45,351 nt of DNA from a virus: positions 1 to 45,351 of the IMG/VR virus record IMGVR_UViG_3300046457_000122; one strand, 5' to 3'. The position numbers and the translations under genes are program-made. How positions within the stretch are numbered: the first letter of the stretch is position 1; each line of letters opens with the position of its first letter. A model generated the notes under the pieces. That model was given only the letters and a program-made list of their open reading frames with translations. It was not told the origin of the DNA and searched no databases. Below, piece by piece: positions 8,138 to 17,818 of the stretch.

Positions 8138-8144
8138 TTCTTTT

Positions 8145-8810
8145 TTAAGGACTTTCGAGAGATTCAAGGCGGTCATATATTTCGTTTAGTTCGTCTTGAA
8201 GTGTTTTATTTTCATCAATACTTTTCAGTCTACTCCATCTTTGTATATTCACTGTCTCAGTTGGATTAAGAGTTATGCTTCCTCCAGCAGCTTGGATATT
8301 CATGTTGCCTACAGATACAATATCAAATCCCAAAATAGTATTAACTCTGCCTTGTACTTCTCCATTTCTGACAAAATTAATTGAAGGTGAACCGAAATAA
8401 TTAGGTTCAATAGAAATATAGTTTTTCTCATCAAAATAAGCAGCAAACAAGTTCCCCTCTGACCCCATTTCAATCTTTGGGTATTCTCCATTTGTAGAGC
8501 TAAGCAAGAACTTAGTCAGTGTAACTAACCCACTCTCAAACACCTTAAACGCCGCCTTAGCACGATCCGGGTCACCTGCCCATATACGTAAATCATCTTC
8601 TTCAGTACGTGCACTGGATAATCCTACAGCCCCATCTTTGGACTGTAACTCTGTTTTGCCGACATTATAGCCGCCAATCTCGCGGACATTTTTACTATCA
8701 ATCGCGCCGTTGACGATAAACTCTATATCTTTCATGACTCTTGCAAACAAATCCACTAATTGATCGTGGTCAGTTTGTCTGACAACTTGTGGAGCTTGAA
8801 ACATTGCCAT
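8145..8810 (-). CDS. tail-associated structural protein (putative)
   Basis: 221 aa with TTAGGAGGTATAAACA before the ATG. Last gene of the tail block. No family recognised. Confidence 0.4.
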   Translation of the reverse strand: MAMFQAPQVVRQTDHDQLVDLFARVMKDIEFIVNGAIDSKNVREIGGYNVGKTELQSKDGAVGLSSARTEEDDLRIWAGDPDRAKAAFKVFESGLVTLTKFLLSSTNGEYPKIEMGSEGNLFAAYFDEKNYISIEPNYFGSPSINFVRNGEVQGRVNTILGFDIVSVGNMNIQAAGGSITLNPTETVNIQRWSRLKSIDENKTLQDELNEIYDRLESLESP

Positions 8811-8822
8811 TGTTTATACCTC

Positions 8823-10229
8823 CTAATAAAGCGGCAACTCACGTTGTTGTCGCGTAAGTTCGTGCAGCTTAAAATAGCCTGTACCCTCAAATTTAATCCG
8901 AATATAATTTTCATTCGCCATTTTAGCGGTAGGTATGATTACCCGATGCTTAATAAGGTCGGAAGCTGGTGCAATCTCACCAACCTGCAACCAATCGTTA
9001 CCGTTGATAGATGGTGACAGGTATATCTTAAGGTTGCTAGTAGAGAGCAAATCTACCACAGCCCATAGCTTGTACATCCGTAGTTTTTGAGCGATTGAGC
9101 TATTGTTAAACGGCTTAGTTACAAGTGACCACTTAACGTCCTGTGTGCCATCCTTAGCGGCTCCAAATAGTTGTAGCACTCTACCTTTGCTATCGCCTAC
9201 ATAAAGGTTGCCAGCCATCTCTGCAAAGCATAACGGGTCGATATCGTTGAACATCGTCCAAGCTTGGATGCGTGGATCATAATTTAATATGTCGTTTTGG
9301 TGAGTGGCAAAGAACAAGGTTTTACCATCTGTCCCGGCGCAACTTGTGCTTGAGACACCGTTTATAAAGCCCTTGACGACCTCACTAAACGATTTATCAG
9401 GTAAAATACCACCAGTATATTGATAGACTCCATTAAGGTTAGCGAAGTAGATAACGCCGTCCTGCGTGATTACGCTTTGATTGTTACGCACGCCGATACG
9501 GTCAGCCACCATCTTGGTGGTAAAGTCCGATGGAACACCGCCGTACATCTCGTGGAGGCTGTTTGGCATGCCTATCGTAAGCTTGGTTAAACTACCGGAC
9601 AGCATATTTACGGTTTCCCCTGCCATGGACTCCATTTCCTTGCCGTAGCTATCTTCATCATCACCGTTGTACAATTCCCATTTCTCCGGTTGATCCAGGG
9701 CACAGGACTTTATCTCTTTGCCTACAGCACACCACAACCTATTTTGGTAGGTGGTAATATAGTTGCCTTTGGCTGGTGCTCCGGTTAAATCGGCTACCGT
9801 GGTACCGTCATAGTGTTTAATAGGATCTACTCCATTGGCACCGACTAAATGGATATCTGACCAGTTACCTTGAAAGTTCGTAAATGACCAACGGGCCGAG
9901 GTATCAAGCCCGGAAGCTAGTGTTTGCCAAGTATTATTGTTAAACACTCGCCATGTACCATCGCCAAATACCGCATGCAACTGTTGATTTTTCCAGACGC
10001 CTAACCCGAGCACCGCTGTACTTATCGCACTGCCAAGTACGCTGTAACCACGCCTGGCTGCTATAACCGGGTATTCGTCCAATACAAAGTTGCTAATGCT
10101 GGTAAACAAATTGTCCGCAATGGATAAAGGGTCGAAGCTGCTCAACCCTTTCCATTCACGGACCGTTATTGCCTGTTGTATACCGGGTAGCGGTTGGTAA
10201 TTGGCTTGTGGGTACCGGATCACATTCAC
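8823..10229 (-). CDS. tail structural protein (putative)
   Basis: About 468 aa. The likely start is GTG 10229, which overlaps the upstream TGA (GTGA coupling) after GAGGGCGGTGG. Assigned by position in the tail block. Confidence 0.4.
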   Translation of the reverse strand: MNVIRYPQANYQPLPGIQQAITVREWKGLSSFDPLSIADNLFTSISNFVLDEYPVIAARRGYSVLGSAISTAVLGLGVWKNQQLHAVFGDGTWRVFNNNTWQTLASGLDTSARWSFTNFQGNWSDIHLVGANGVDPIKHYDGTTVADLTGAPAKGNYITTYQNRLWCAVGKEIKSCALDQPEKWELYNGDDEDSYGKEMESMAGETVNMLSGSLTKLTIGMPNSLHEMYGGVPSDFTTKMVADRIGVRNNQSVITQDGVIYFANLNGVYQYTGGILPDKSFSEVVKGFINGVSSTSCAGTDGKTLFFATHQNDILNYDPRIQAWTMFNDIDPLCFAEMAGNLYVGDSKGRVLQLFGAAKDGTQDVKWSLVTKPFNNSSIAQKLRMYKLWAVVDLLSTSNLKIYLSPSINGNDWLQVGEIAPASDLIKHRVIIPTAKMANENYIRIKFEGTGYFKLHELTRQQRELPLY

Positions 10230-10786
10230 GATACCACCGCCCTCTGATAGTTCTGTGCCGCCACATTCCAAGCATTCTTATATTGATTTTCATAATTCGC
10301 AGCCTTAACGGAATCATCCATACTATGAGCGATGTATGCAGCAAGAGCCGGGATATACGTCCAGTGATACTCCGCTGGCGCATCCGGCTCTATGGTTAAG
10401 TTGCTGCTTGTATAGGTTGTGGTGCCAATCCTACTGTACCTCACCAGACCTCCTAAACCTGCTGTATACGGTGGCGGCGATAGGGTTAATACTTTCGTTC
10501 CATCGTCGAACCTAAATGTATTCTGCAAAGGATTAGGCGCGTCTGTTGATAGTTCGTGGTACTTGACCACACCACACATAACAAAATCTATATTTTTAAA
10601 GCGCACATTAGCTGATAAAGTGTACTGGCTTTGGTCCAGGACTGACGTAAACGAATCAAAGACTGGTATCTTCACCACGTTAAAAAAGTCCTGATTGATT
10701 GCATTAAGCCAGATCAACTTATCTGCTGTGTCGACTGCATTGGGAACCAATAAATCTGCTTCTTTTATGATGTCGTTAATGTTCAT
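10226..10786 (-). CDS. adaptor-like structural protein, apparent paralog of 13879..14490
   Basis: 186 aa. Shares a layout with the 203-aa protein (LTLSPPPYTAGLGGLVRY versus IGIFPPPKYAKAYGIKIFY, helical ends). Sits downstream of the two receptor-binding genes, whereas its paralog sits upstream of them. Confidence 0.4.
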   Translation of the reverse strand: MNINDIIKEADLLVPNAVDTADKLIWLNAINQDFFNVVKIPVFDSFTSVLDQSQYTLSANVRFKNIDFVMCGVVKYHELSTDAPNPLQNTFRFDDGTKVLTLSPPPYTAGLGGLVRYSRIGTTTYTSSNLTIEPDAPAEYHWTYIPALAAYIAHSMDDSVKAANYENQYKNAWNVAAQNYQRAVVS

Positions 10787-10794
10787 ATCATCAC

Positions 10795-12567
10795 CTACGA
10801 CTTTGTGACTTCGACTGTGACTTCAAATGCATTATTAGTGTTCACTACATTGATTAAAGTAAGGGATATCTTAGCGCCTTCGCTACTAACACCCCATCGA
10901 CTGATGTTGAGTTTGGCTGCTGGCCCGATGTTAGATGTGCCGATCACATCCGTAATATTCCCCTGCTGAAAGTGTGCATCAGCAAAGTCACGAATCACCA
11001 CTAAAAATACGCGGCTGACGGAAATGATATCCGTGCTTGTGTCTTTCATGGTGATGGTAAAGGTATGAGTTTTCTTACTGTTATCAATCAATGAGTCCGT
11101 CCAGAAATCGAACGTTTTTTCAACGCCGTATGTGAGTGTATCCTTTTGCCGCTTGTACGTTCCCAAGTTATTGACTACCGAAATGTCTGATGCTCCAGTC
11201 AATAACGATCCAAATGAAGCCTTATCCAGGTTACACCCAGTAAAGTTAATATTTTTACTGCCTGAACCAGTTACAAGGTGTGTGGGCTTTGCATTCCCTT
11301 CCCAATAATCCATTGTAAACACGTTGCCGCTGAATACAATATCTTCACAATTTATCATCCGTAAGTGTGTTTGTTGCCAGTCGTTGACATTGGAATAACC
11401 GGACGCCATCATTACATTTCCGACAAAGGCTAAATCCCTTGTGTTATTCATGTAGATGCCTTCATTTTCACCCCGGTCAAATACATTTCCGACAAACGTA
11501 GAACGCTGTGTGCCAGTAAGGGATATATGCATGTCGTTGTACTCTATCTTATTATTAACGATGTTACATGCTGACCCGTTATATACCATTCCAATCTTGC
11601 AAGTGTAAATGAAGTTGTCAAAAACCTTGCTGTCATATAGCAGATTGATACCGACGTTGTTATTGAAAATAGCACTATTACTGATCTGCCACTGCTGCCC
11701 CTGTGTACCGCCGAGGTCAAATCCTATTGCCGTGTTAAAGCCTGCCCATTGGCAATTGTTTACTTGGAACAATCGAACAGAGCCATCTATACCATTGGTA
11801 ATCCGAGATTGACCGACCAAAGTGAGATTGTGTATGCCGATGTGACTGGCGCCGTTAGCTCTAAACATAAACTCATCGCCAATCTTAGCGATGATACGTG
11901 ATGGTCCCAGGTCATATTCATAGTCCCAAGTCTGGTTAACGCCCATCAAAGATATACCGTTGTATAGCGTGAGCTCGCCAGCGTAGTAACGCCCGGCCGG
12001 GAAAAATATATATCCTCCTACCAGTTTCAACGCATCAATAGCTGCCTGTATAGCAGCAGTGTCATCTGTTACTCCGTCACCTTTGGCGCCATAATCTTTA
12101 ACATTAATTGAGTACGTTCCCTTTTTGACGAAGGTGTTTTTATTTGCGACCCAATCGTTCAAATATGCAAGCTGTTCTGGACTCATTAAGCCACTTACAG
12201 TGAGCGTTGCATTTGGTATAGGGTCGGCTCCATCGCTCAAATGAGATGATCCATGCAAGCCAGGGATTGCTTCTCCAGTGGCGGTAAAGATTAATTTATC
12301 TTCTTCGGGGTTAGTTGTAATTGCTATGCCCGTTCGAGCCTCAAGGGTCAATGTATCTTCTTTATCATCAGCCACTACCGGTAGTTTGCCGGGCACCTCG
12401 ATCGTTTTAAATGCATTCTTCGCAAAGTTGTCGTCAGCATATTTCTTCGCGTTTTCTTCGGCTTTATCTGCTTTCTCCTGCGCACCCATTGGGGTTTCGT
12501 ACCTTGGGTTAAGTTGAGAGCCGATATCCTGTGTTGTGTTAGGACGCCATGGTAGCACCAATATCAT
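10795..12567 (-). CDS. tailspike with a right-handed beta-helix / pectate-lyase-like depolymerase domain
   Basis: INVKDYGAKGDGVTDDTAAIQAAIDAL motif typical of Pectate_lyase_3-type beta-helix proteins. N-terminal anchor shared with 12576..13877. The real start may be TTG 12561, which has better RBS spacing. Confidence 0.7.
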   Translation of the reverse strand: MILVLPWRPNTTQDIGSQLNPRYETPMGAQEKADKAEENAKKYADDNFAKNAFKTIEVPGKLPVVADDKEDTLTLEARTGIAITTNPEEDKLIFTATGEAIPGLHGSSHLSDGADPIPNATLTVSGLMSPEQLAYLNDWVANKNTFVKKGTYSINVKDYGAKGDGVTDDTAAIQAAIDALKLVGGYIFFPAGRYYAGELTLYNGISLMGVNQTWDYEYDLGPSRIIAKIGDEFMFRANGASHIGIHNLTLVGQSRITNGIDGSVRLFQVNNCQWAGFNTAIGFDLGGTQGQQWQISNSAIFNNNVGINLLYDSKVFDNFIYTCKIGMVYNGSACNIVNNKIEYNDMHISLTGTQRSTFVGNVFDRGENEGIYMNNTRDLAFVGNVMMASGYSNVNDWQQTHLRMINCEDIVFSGNVFTMDYWEGNAKPTHLVTGSGSKNINFTGCNLDKASFGSLLTGASDISVVNNLGTYKRQKDTLTYGVEKTFDFWTDSLIDNSKKTHTFTITMKDTSTDIISVSRVFLVVIRDFADAHFQQGNITDVIGTSNIGPAAKLNISRWGVSSEGAKISLTLINVVNTNNAFEVTVEVTKS

Positions 12568-12575
12568 TCACCCCT

Positions 12576-13877
12576 TTACGGCCTACGTCCTAGCCGTGTA
12601 AGTCTTATATGCACGTTGTACAAGCTGTATGTGCCTGTACCCGATTGTGAAGCTTTAAACGTAATTACATCGGTTGCAGCCAAATATCTTTGTTCTTCGA
12701 ATCCCAAAAACGTAACCGCACCAGCTCCAAACCCAACAACCTGACGACTCGTCAACATTGTGCCGTTTTGATTTATTGTCAGATCCAAACGGTTGGTCGC
12801 TGGTAAGTCCTGTACGGTAGCAAGTAGGTTAATGCTATACCAGCCATCTAACGGGATTACTACAGTGCTGCCGCTACGCATGCTGTAGCTATCCTCAACC
12901 ACTGAGGTAATCGGCACATCCAGTACAGCCGGGCTTGCAGGCAAGGTTAATAGCCCGCTACGCAGATAAGTAAAAGGAAAATCTGCCCAAGTTAGATAGC
13001 CTTGCTGCTTAACATAGCCCGTAGTGGCTACCTGAGTATTATTGGTTGCTGCCGCGGCTGTAGGAGCCGTTGGCGTGCCTGTGAGCGCTGGACTGGTAAA
13101 CATGGTCGCCTTACTCTCGTTGGTTACGTTACTCAAGCCCACATCAGCTTTGGTTAGCGTCACAACGCCTGTTTTCCCAGCAACACTCTGCACAGGAGAC
13201 ATAGGAGTAAGCAACTCCTGCCAGTTGGCTAATACCGTCGGGTCAGTACCCTTGAGGATATAAGATTTACTCAAGTCTGTTCGTACAGCCACATCACCCG
13301 TTTCGGCTACAAGAGCCAACATATCAGCCTGAGTAGCTACCAAAAACGTATCAGTGACCGCTATAGCTGGCACAACAACAGCATCAAGCTTGCCGTTTTC
13401 GTCGAGCACAGGTACATTCCCGGCTGCTGTGCCAGCGTCCAGATAAGCAGAGTTGCCAGCATCGTATACTTTAGACAAAGGTATAGGGTCAATATCTACT
13501 GGCCCAGTTGCCGTAACGGTGATTGCTCTGTCGTCCGGATCCTGCGTGACCCGTATGCCGATGCCCTGCAATATTTTGAGCTCAGTCATCGGCGCGTTGG
13601 CTGGGATACCGTTAATGACCGTATAGGCGTTCTGGTTTACCTCTGCGCCCCACTCAATGCCATCAAGCTTGTTATGGTCTGTCTGAGTGACATGTACTGT
13701 CTGGTCAGCGGCATGCTCCTTAAAACGGTCATCCAGTGCGTCAGTGTATGCCTTAGATTCCTGTTCCGCTTTGTCTGCCTTTTCTTGTGCTCCAAGTGGC
13801 GTTTCATAACGCGGATCTAATTCCGCTGCTGTATTTTCACTTGTGTTCCCATATTTCCAAGGATAAGGATTAGCCAT
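12576..13877 (-). CDS. tail fibre protein
   Basis: 433 aa with AAAGGAGAGGTGG RBS. N-terminus LDPRYETPLGAQEKADKAE matches the tailspike N-terminus. Ser/Thr/Ala/Gly/Val-rich fibre-like body. Confidence 0.6.
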   Translation of the reverse strand: MANPYPWKYGNTSENTAAELDPRYETPLGAQEKADKAEQESKAYTDALDDRFKEHAADQTVHVTQTDHNKLDGIEWGAEVNQNAYTVINGIPANAPMTELKILQGIGIRVTQDPDDRAITVTATGPVDIDPIPLSKVYDAGNSAYLDAGTAAGNVPVLDENGKLDAVVVPAIAVTDTFLVATQADMLALVAETGDVAVRTDLSKSYILKGTDPTVLANWQELLTPMSPVQSVAGKTGVVTLTKADVGLSNVTNESKATMFTSPALTGTPTAPTAAAATNNTQVATTGYVKQQGYLTWADFPFTYLRSGLLTLPASPAVLDVPITSVVEDSYSMRSGSTVVIPLDGWYSINLLATVQDLPATNRLDLTINQNGTMLTSRQVVGFGAGAVTFLGFEEQRYLAATDVITFKASQSGTGTYSLYNVHIRLTRLGRRP

Positions 13878-13878
13878 C

Positions 13879-14490
13879 TTACCACCTCTCCTTTATTACA
13901 TAGCGTTCATAGCCACTCGTAGCCGTACGATAGTCAGCCAATAGCTGCTGATATCGCACATCAAAGTTGTTGTTCTCCGGCATAATATCGCGCAACACAC
14001 CGTACACCAGCAACATGTCCCAATCAGGATCGAAGCCTGTTGTTGATTGCATATCAGCCACCGTGATTTCCGGGTACACAGGCGTGTAAAAAATCTTGAT
14101 GCCGTAAGCCTTGGCATATTTCGGTGGTGGGAAAATACCAATCTGACCAGCTACAAAGTAGTAATAGGTATGTTTCATACGCTCGTTAAACTGCCTGAGC
14201 GGTATCCTGTGCCAATCCCGGCTGTCATCATGACCTTCGCTATTATCGTATATTGCACGCCGTATATCGACGTCTGTGACGTTTCCCGGTGGGCATGGCA
14301 GGTCATACAATCCCTCGCCCACAACGGTGTCTATGGCTTCTTCGATTACCTCTGATTGCTGCTGTGCTGCGGTTGGTGTACGCAACAACATATCTCTTAC
14401 ATTGGTCAGCTTACGCAAGATAGACACGACTGGGGTTTTGTTCTCCGGCAGCTTCTCGACTATTTCCTCTACTACATCCTGTACGCGCAT
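13879..14490 (-). CDS. adaptor-like structural protein, apparent paralog of 10226..10786
   Basis: 203 aa with AGAGAGGTG RBS. Immediately precedes the tail fibre gene. Confidence 0.4.
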   Translation of the reverse strand: MRVQDVVEEIVEKLPENKTPVVSILRKLTNVRDMLLRTPTAAQQQSEVIEEAIDTVVGEGLYDLPCPPGNVTDVDIRRAIYDNSEGHDDSRDWHRIPLRQFNERMKHTYYYFVAGQIGIFPPPKYAKAYGIKIFYTPVYPEITVADMQSTTGFDPDWDMLLVYGVLRDIMPENNNFDVRYQQLLADYRTATSGYERYVIKERW

Positions 14491-14503
14491 AGTGACACCT
14501 CTC

Positions 14504-14773
14504 TTAGTACAGCGCTAAAATATTGGTTGCTGTCGTCCCAGTCGCTTTTATTCGTTTAGCAGGTAAAAATAACGGTACTCCTGCTGGTACAGCCTTAATC
14601 GTTACCGCATTACCTGACGGGCTTATGACTGCCACATCGCCACCTACACCACAATATACACCGACACATTTACCATCAGGCAAGTCCACTGTATCGCTTG
14701 GTGTGACAGCTGTATAATCACTTAACATTTTTACGGGTAGCGGATCTAATCGGCTTGACATTCTCGTGCTCAT
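14504..14773 (-). CDS. hypothetical virion protein
   Basis: The best start is ATG 14773 after GAGGTGA. Gly/Val/Ala/Thr-rich 89 aa (VGVYCGVGGDVAVISPSGNAVTIKAVPAG). Confidence 0.5.
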   Translation of the reverse strand: MSTRMSSRLDPLPVKMLSDYTAVTPSDTVDLPDGKCVGVYCGVGGDVAVISPSGNAVTIKAVPAGVPLFLPAKRIKATGTTATNILALY

Positions 14774-14879
14774 TATCTTCACCTCTCGTTTGCTTTACTA
14801 TGATTTCAAGCAGCTCATTTGTCCGCTGTTGCTCCTTGATCAGAGCATTTAAAGCATCAATCTCCATCCTGTACGACAT
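14718..14879 (-). CDS. hypothetical 53-aa helical protein (below the ORF-track cutoff)
   Basis: ATAGGAGGTACTTGTG then ATG 14879. MSYRMEIDALNALIKEQQRTNELLE... First ORF after the terminator at 14900..14923. Confidence 0.4.
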   Translation of the reverse strand: MSYRMEIDALNALIKEQQRTNELLEIIVKQTRGEDNEHENVKPIRSATRKNVK

Positions 14880-14899
14880 CACAAGTACCTCCTATACAT

Positions 14900-14923
14900 A
14901 AAAAAAGGGAGCATTTAGCTCCC
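14900..14923 (-). terminator. strong rho-independent terminator inside the virion operon
   Basis: GGGAGC-taaat-GCTCCC followed by T7 on the minus strand. Overlaps the stop of 14915..15103. Confidence 0.7.
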
Positions 14924-15103
14924 CTTCTTGGTTTCCATTCCACCGTTTTTATCAATCCAGTCACGCATGGAATTATATGTTTCAACCATTTGCTTTTGTG
15001 AGTCGTTGAAGTCGTCGGATACCTTCAGGCGAGGCACATACTTGTGCTTGGGTGTTGCACCCTTGCCGCCTCCGCTCACGGTCCATTCAACATCTTTTCT
15101 CAC
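14915..15103 (-). CDS. hypothetical protein (62 aa)
   Basis: The likely start is GTG 15103 in a GTGA overlap with the upstream stop, after AAGGTGGTG. Confidence 0.5.
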   Translation of the reverse strand: MRKDVEWTVSGGGKGATPKHKYVPRLKVSDDFNDSQKQMVETYNSMRDWIDKNGGMETKKGS

Positions 15104-15429
15104 GGTGCCACCACCTTTACTTTCCAACTACCGGATGCCAAGTCAATAGTGGCACCAGTTGGGTTGAACAAGGAAAATTTAATGGCATTAGCAGCAGATA
15201 CATAAGCCTGTACCTGTACGCCTTGCAGATCGTATGGAGGGAATACCTCTACACGTCTGCCGAGGACAGCACCAGTTACAGTAATTGCACTGGACACCGC
15301 TCCTGTCATCGTTGCCAATGATGGTGGGTCAAACGTTACTGTCGCTGCAATAACATTCGAACCTCCTACGGGTTGGCCTCCTACTGTTAATCGTTCAACG
15401 CTTAATGCAGTAAATTTTGTTTCGTCCAA
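15100..15429 (-). CDS. hypothetical head-associated protein (109 aa)
   Basis: TTG 15429 lies 8 nt after AAGGAG. Directly downstream of the capsid gene. Beta-rich Gly/Val/Ala/Thr composition. Confidence 0.55.
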   Translation of the reverse strand: MDETKFTALSVERLTVGGQPVGGSNVIAATVTFDPPSLATMTGAVSSAITVTGAVLGRRVEVFPPYDLQGVQVQAYVSAANAIKFSLFNPTGATIDLASGSWKVKVVAP

Positions 15430-15441
15430 GATAATCGCTCC

Positions 15442-16407
15442 TTATGATGGATTGTGTCCATAGATAAACCATGGGGCTAGGAAGCCACATGACCAACGTC
15501 CAACAACTTTAAATTTAGCAATCTCATCATCGAAACCAGTCATTGATCCGTTTTCTGGCTTACGTCTCCAGAACCACTTGTTAAGTTCTTTCATTTTTGC
15601 GCTGTCCGCTGCAAACCATGCTTTACGGTTTTTCAGATATGGATCAACAATTACAGTGATCAATCCTTCATACACATTAATGTTGTGGTTTGCATTCCCT
15701 GGCTCGTACCCTTCACCCTTACCATCAATACCAGCAATCTGCCAAGCTGTACGAGCGTTATAAGGCGCAACAATGAGCGTGTCAGGAATTGTAGCCATAA
15801 GAACACCGCGATCATCTACCCACTCTTGCATAGCTACAGATGTGTCGTCCCATGCGTCAATACTCAATTCAGCTGTACCTTTGTTAGACTGAACATCCGT
15901 GGAATTAGTTGGGCTATAAGGATGATCCGTCGCGCAGAGTGGCTTACCGTCAGGACCGGCTGAATTGTAAGGAGAAGCTAAATAGTCACTGCCTACTGCA
16001 GTAAAGGCATTAGCCAGGAATTCAACCGCCTGCATTTGTTGAGTCTTATGAACTGCACTAGAAAGACTTTGAATCTTTCTTTTGATTTCAGCAACCTTCA
16101 TATCATCTACAAGGTCACGGGAAATTTCGCGTCCCAACGAATACTTTTGGTTGCGAATACGAACTGGCCATAATTCTCTTACTGCATCATAGTACACTTG
16201 GTTGTTGGACTTTTCCCAAGGTACCATCAAACCTTCACCACCAACGCCGTCAAACGATTCTGAGTCTTTGTCACTGTTAAGCACATCATACAGAATAGGG
16301 ATAAAGTCTTTGCCTTTCGGCTGACTCATATCATATACACCTCTAAAAATTGTCTCTAGCGTTCTTTCGTCCCATTGAAGTTTAATTTGAGTTGTTCCGC
16401 CACCCAT
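15442..16407 (-). CDS. major capsid protein
   Basis: 321 aa with a strong AAAGGAGGA RBS. Sits after the scaffold and decoration-like genes and before the internal terminator. The call is positional, with no search possible. Confidence 0.65.
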   Translation of the reverse strand: MGGGTTQIKLQWDERTLETIFRGVYDMSQPKGKDFIPILYDVLNSDKDSESFDGVGGEGLMVPWEKSNNQVYYDAVRELWPVRIRNQKYSLGREISRDLVDDMKVAEIKRKIQSLSSAVHKTQQMQAVEFLANAFTAVGSDYLASPYNSAGPDGKPLCATDHPYSPTNSTDVQSNKGTAELSIDAWDDTSVAMQEWVDDRGVLMATIPDTLIVAPYNARTAWQIAGIDGKGEGYEPGNANHNINVYEGLITVIVDPYLKNRKAWFAADSAKMKELNKWFWRRKPENGSMTGFDDEIAKFKVVGRWSCGFLAPWFIYGHNPS

Positions 16408-16425
16408 GATTGTTATCCTCCTTTA

Positions 16426-16845
16426 TTATGAAAACTGACGCGACTTGAATTTAACAAATGCTGTCGCCGTGTTTGTATTGATATTCAGTACTGCGATTGC
16501 TCCACCTGTAACAGTTGCGGCGTTTAGAGATAGACCATCTGCCGAAATAGTTACACCCACAACGCCTTCCTTAAAACCAGCATCAGGAGTTCCTGTGTAG
16601 GGAGCAGAAAACCAATCCCCCGGGGTGATTAGAGTTACATCAGCCTCTTGATCTGTACCCGCTTTTACATTGTTGTTAAGAATTCCACCTGGTGCGTCCG
16701 TACCGCTTGCCTTCGTCCATCGACCATTAACCAATTTAACTGCTTCTCCAGCTACACCAGCTTCAGAGTTGGTAAACAGTTTGTCTGTAATACGAGTCCC
16801 GGCCGATTTAAAATCATTTAGTGCAAATGAAAATCCTTGAGCCAT
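16426..16845 (-). CDS. head decoration-like protein (putative)
   Basis: 139 aa, Gly/Ala/Thr-rich, between the scaffold and capsid genes. Confidence 0.35.
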   Translation of the reverse strand: MAQGFSFALNDFKSAGTRITDKLFTNSEAGVAGEAVKLVNGRWTKASGTDAPGGILNNNVKAGTDQEADVTLITPGDWFSAPYTGTPDAGFKEGVVGVTISADGLSLNAATVTGGAIAVLNINTNTATAFVKFKSRQFS

Positions 16846-16858
16846 TTATGAGCCCTCC

Positions 16859-17818
16859 TTATTTTGTTTTTGTCGCGTATTTTCTTATTAACTTCTTTGG
16901 TACACCGAACAAAGCCGCGCCAGATAATATGCCTGAATCAATCTCAGGTTCCGTATCTGCCACAGCCTCTTTTTCCACCTGAGCCCTTTTGTTCAGGCGC
17001 TGTCGCTTGATTACATTCTGTTCAGTGCGCTTTCGCTCTTCGGCAATGATCTTGTCCCGGTTGGTAAGTTCGAACGCATGTACAGGCTTGTAACCCTGCT
17101 CAATCAGTGCGTCCATTTCCGCAGTCAGCCAATCTGGCTTTTCTCCTTCGGCTGGTGCATTCTCAACTAGCTCAGGATGCTGGTTAAATAGCTCTTCCCA
17201 GCCTTTTAGTAGCTGTTGTTGCTGCTCTTGTTGTTTGAGCGTCTCCTGTGACTTGGATTCGCGTTCAACGACTTCGCGGGCTTGCTGTAGCAAAGGGTGA
17301 GCGTCTAAATACCGATCAAGGTAATCAGGGTCAATTCCAGCGCTTTCGGCATCCTCACGCAGCTGCTGTTTAAGTAGATCAAAATCATCTTGCTTTTTTT
17401 GTATTGCCTGTTGCTCGATCTTGTCCAAGTTAGCAAGGTAGTCATCAACCGCTTCAAACCCGGCGAGTTTGGCTGCTCGCTGTAAGTATTGTTCAGCTTC
17501 AGTTCTACGTTTGCGCTCCTTGTCCAGACCGAAACCCTTCTGTACTAGCTCAGGAATTTGGTCATCATCGACCTCAATCTCTTCTTTGTTAACTTTGACT
17601 CTGAGCTTCTCGGGTTCGTCCGCTATGGCTGGCGGCTCGTCCTCTGGCTCAAGTTCTTCCTCTTCTTGCTGGTCCTCCGGTTCTGCTTGCTCCTGCTCTC
17701 TCGTTATTCCAAACATTGCGAGAGCTTCGTCAACTGCATTCCCCGTTGTATCTGGTGTTTCATTAGGTTGAACGTCCTCACTATGGCTGGTGGGTTGTTC
17801 GAATACTTCGTCTTCCAT
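16859..17818 (-). CDS. scaffolding protein
   Basis: 319 aa, very acidic with a coiled-coil character (EQEQAEPEDQQEEEELEPEDE, QQEQQQQLLKGWEE). Sits between the portal and capsid genes. Confidence 0.6.
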   Translation of the reverse strand: MEDEVFEQPTSHSEDVQPNETPDTTGNAVDEALAMFGITREQEQAEPEDQQEEEELEPEDEPPAIADEPEKLRVKVNKEEIEVDDDQIPELVQKGFGLDKERKRRTEAEQYLQRAAKLAGFEAVDDYLANLDKIEQQAIQKKQDDFDLLKQQLREDAESAGIDPDYLDRYLDAHPLLQQAREVVERESKSQETLKQQEQQQQLLKGWEELFNQHPELVENAPAEGEKPDWLTAEMDALIEQGYKPVHAFELTNRDKIIAEERKRTEQNVIKRQRLNKRAQVEKEAVADTEPEIDSGILSGAALFGVPKKLIRKYATKTK

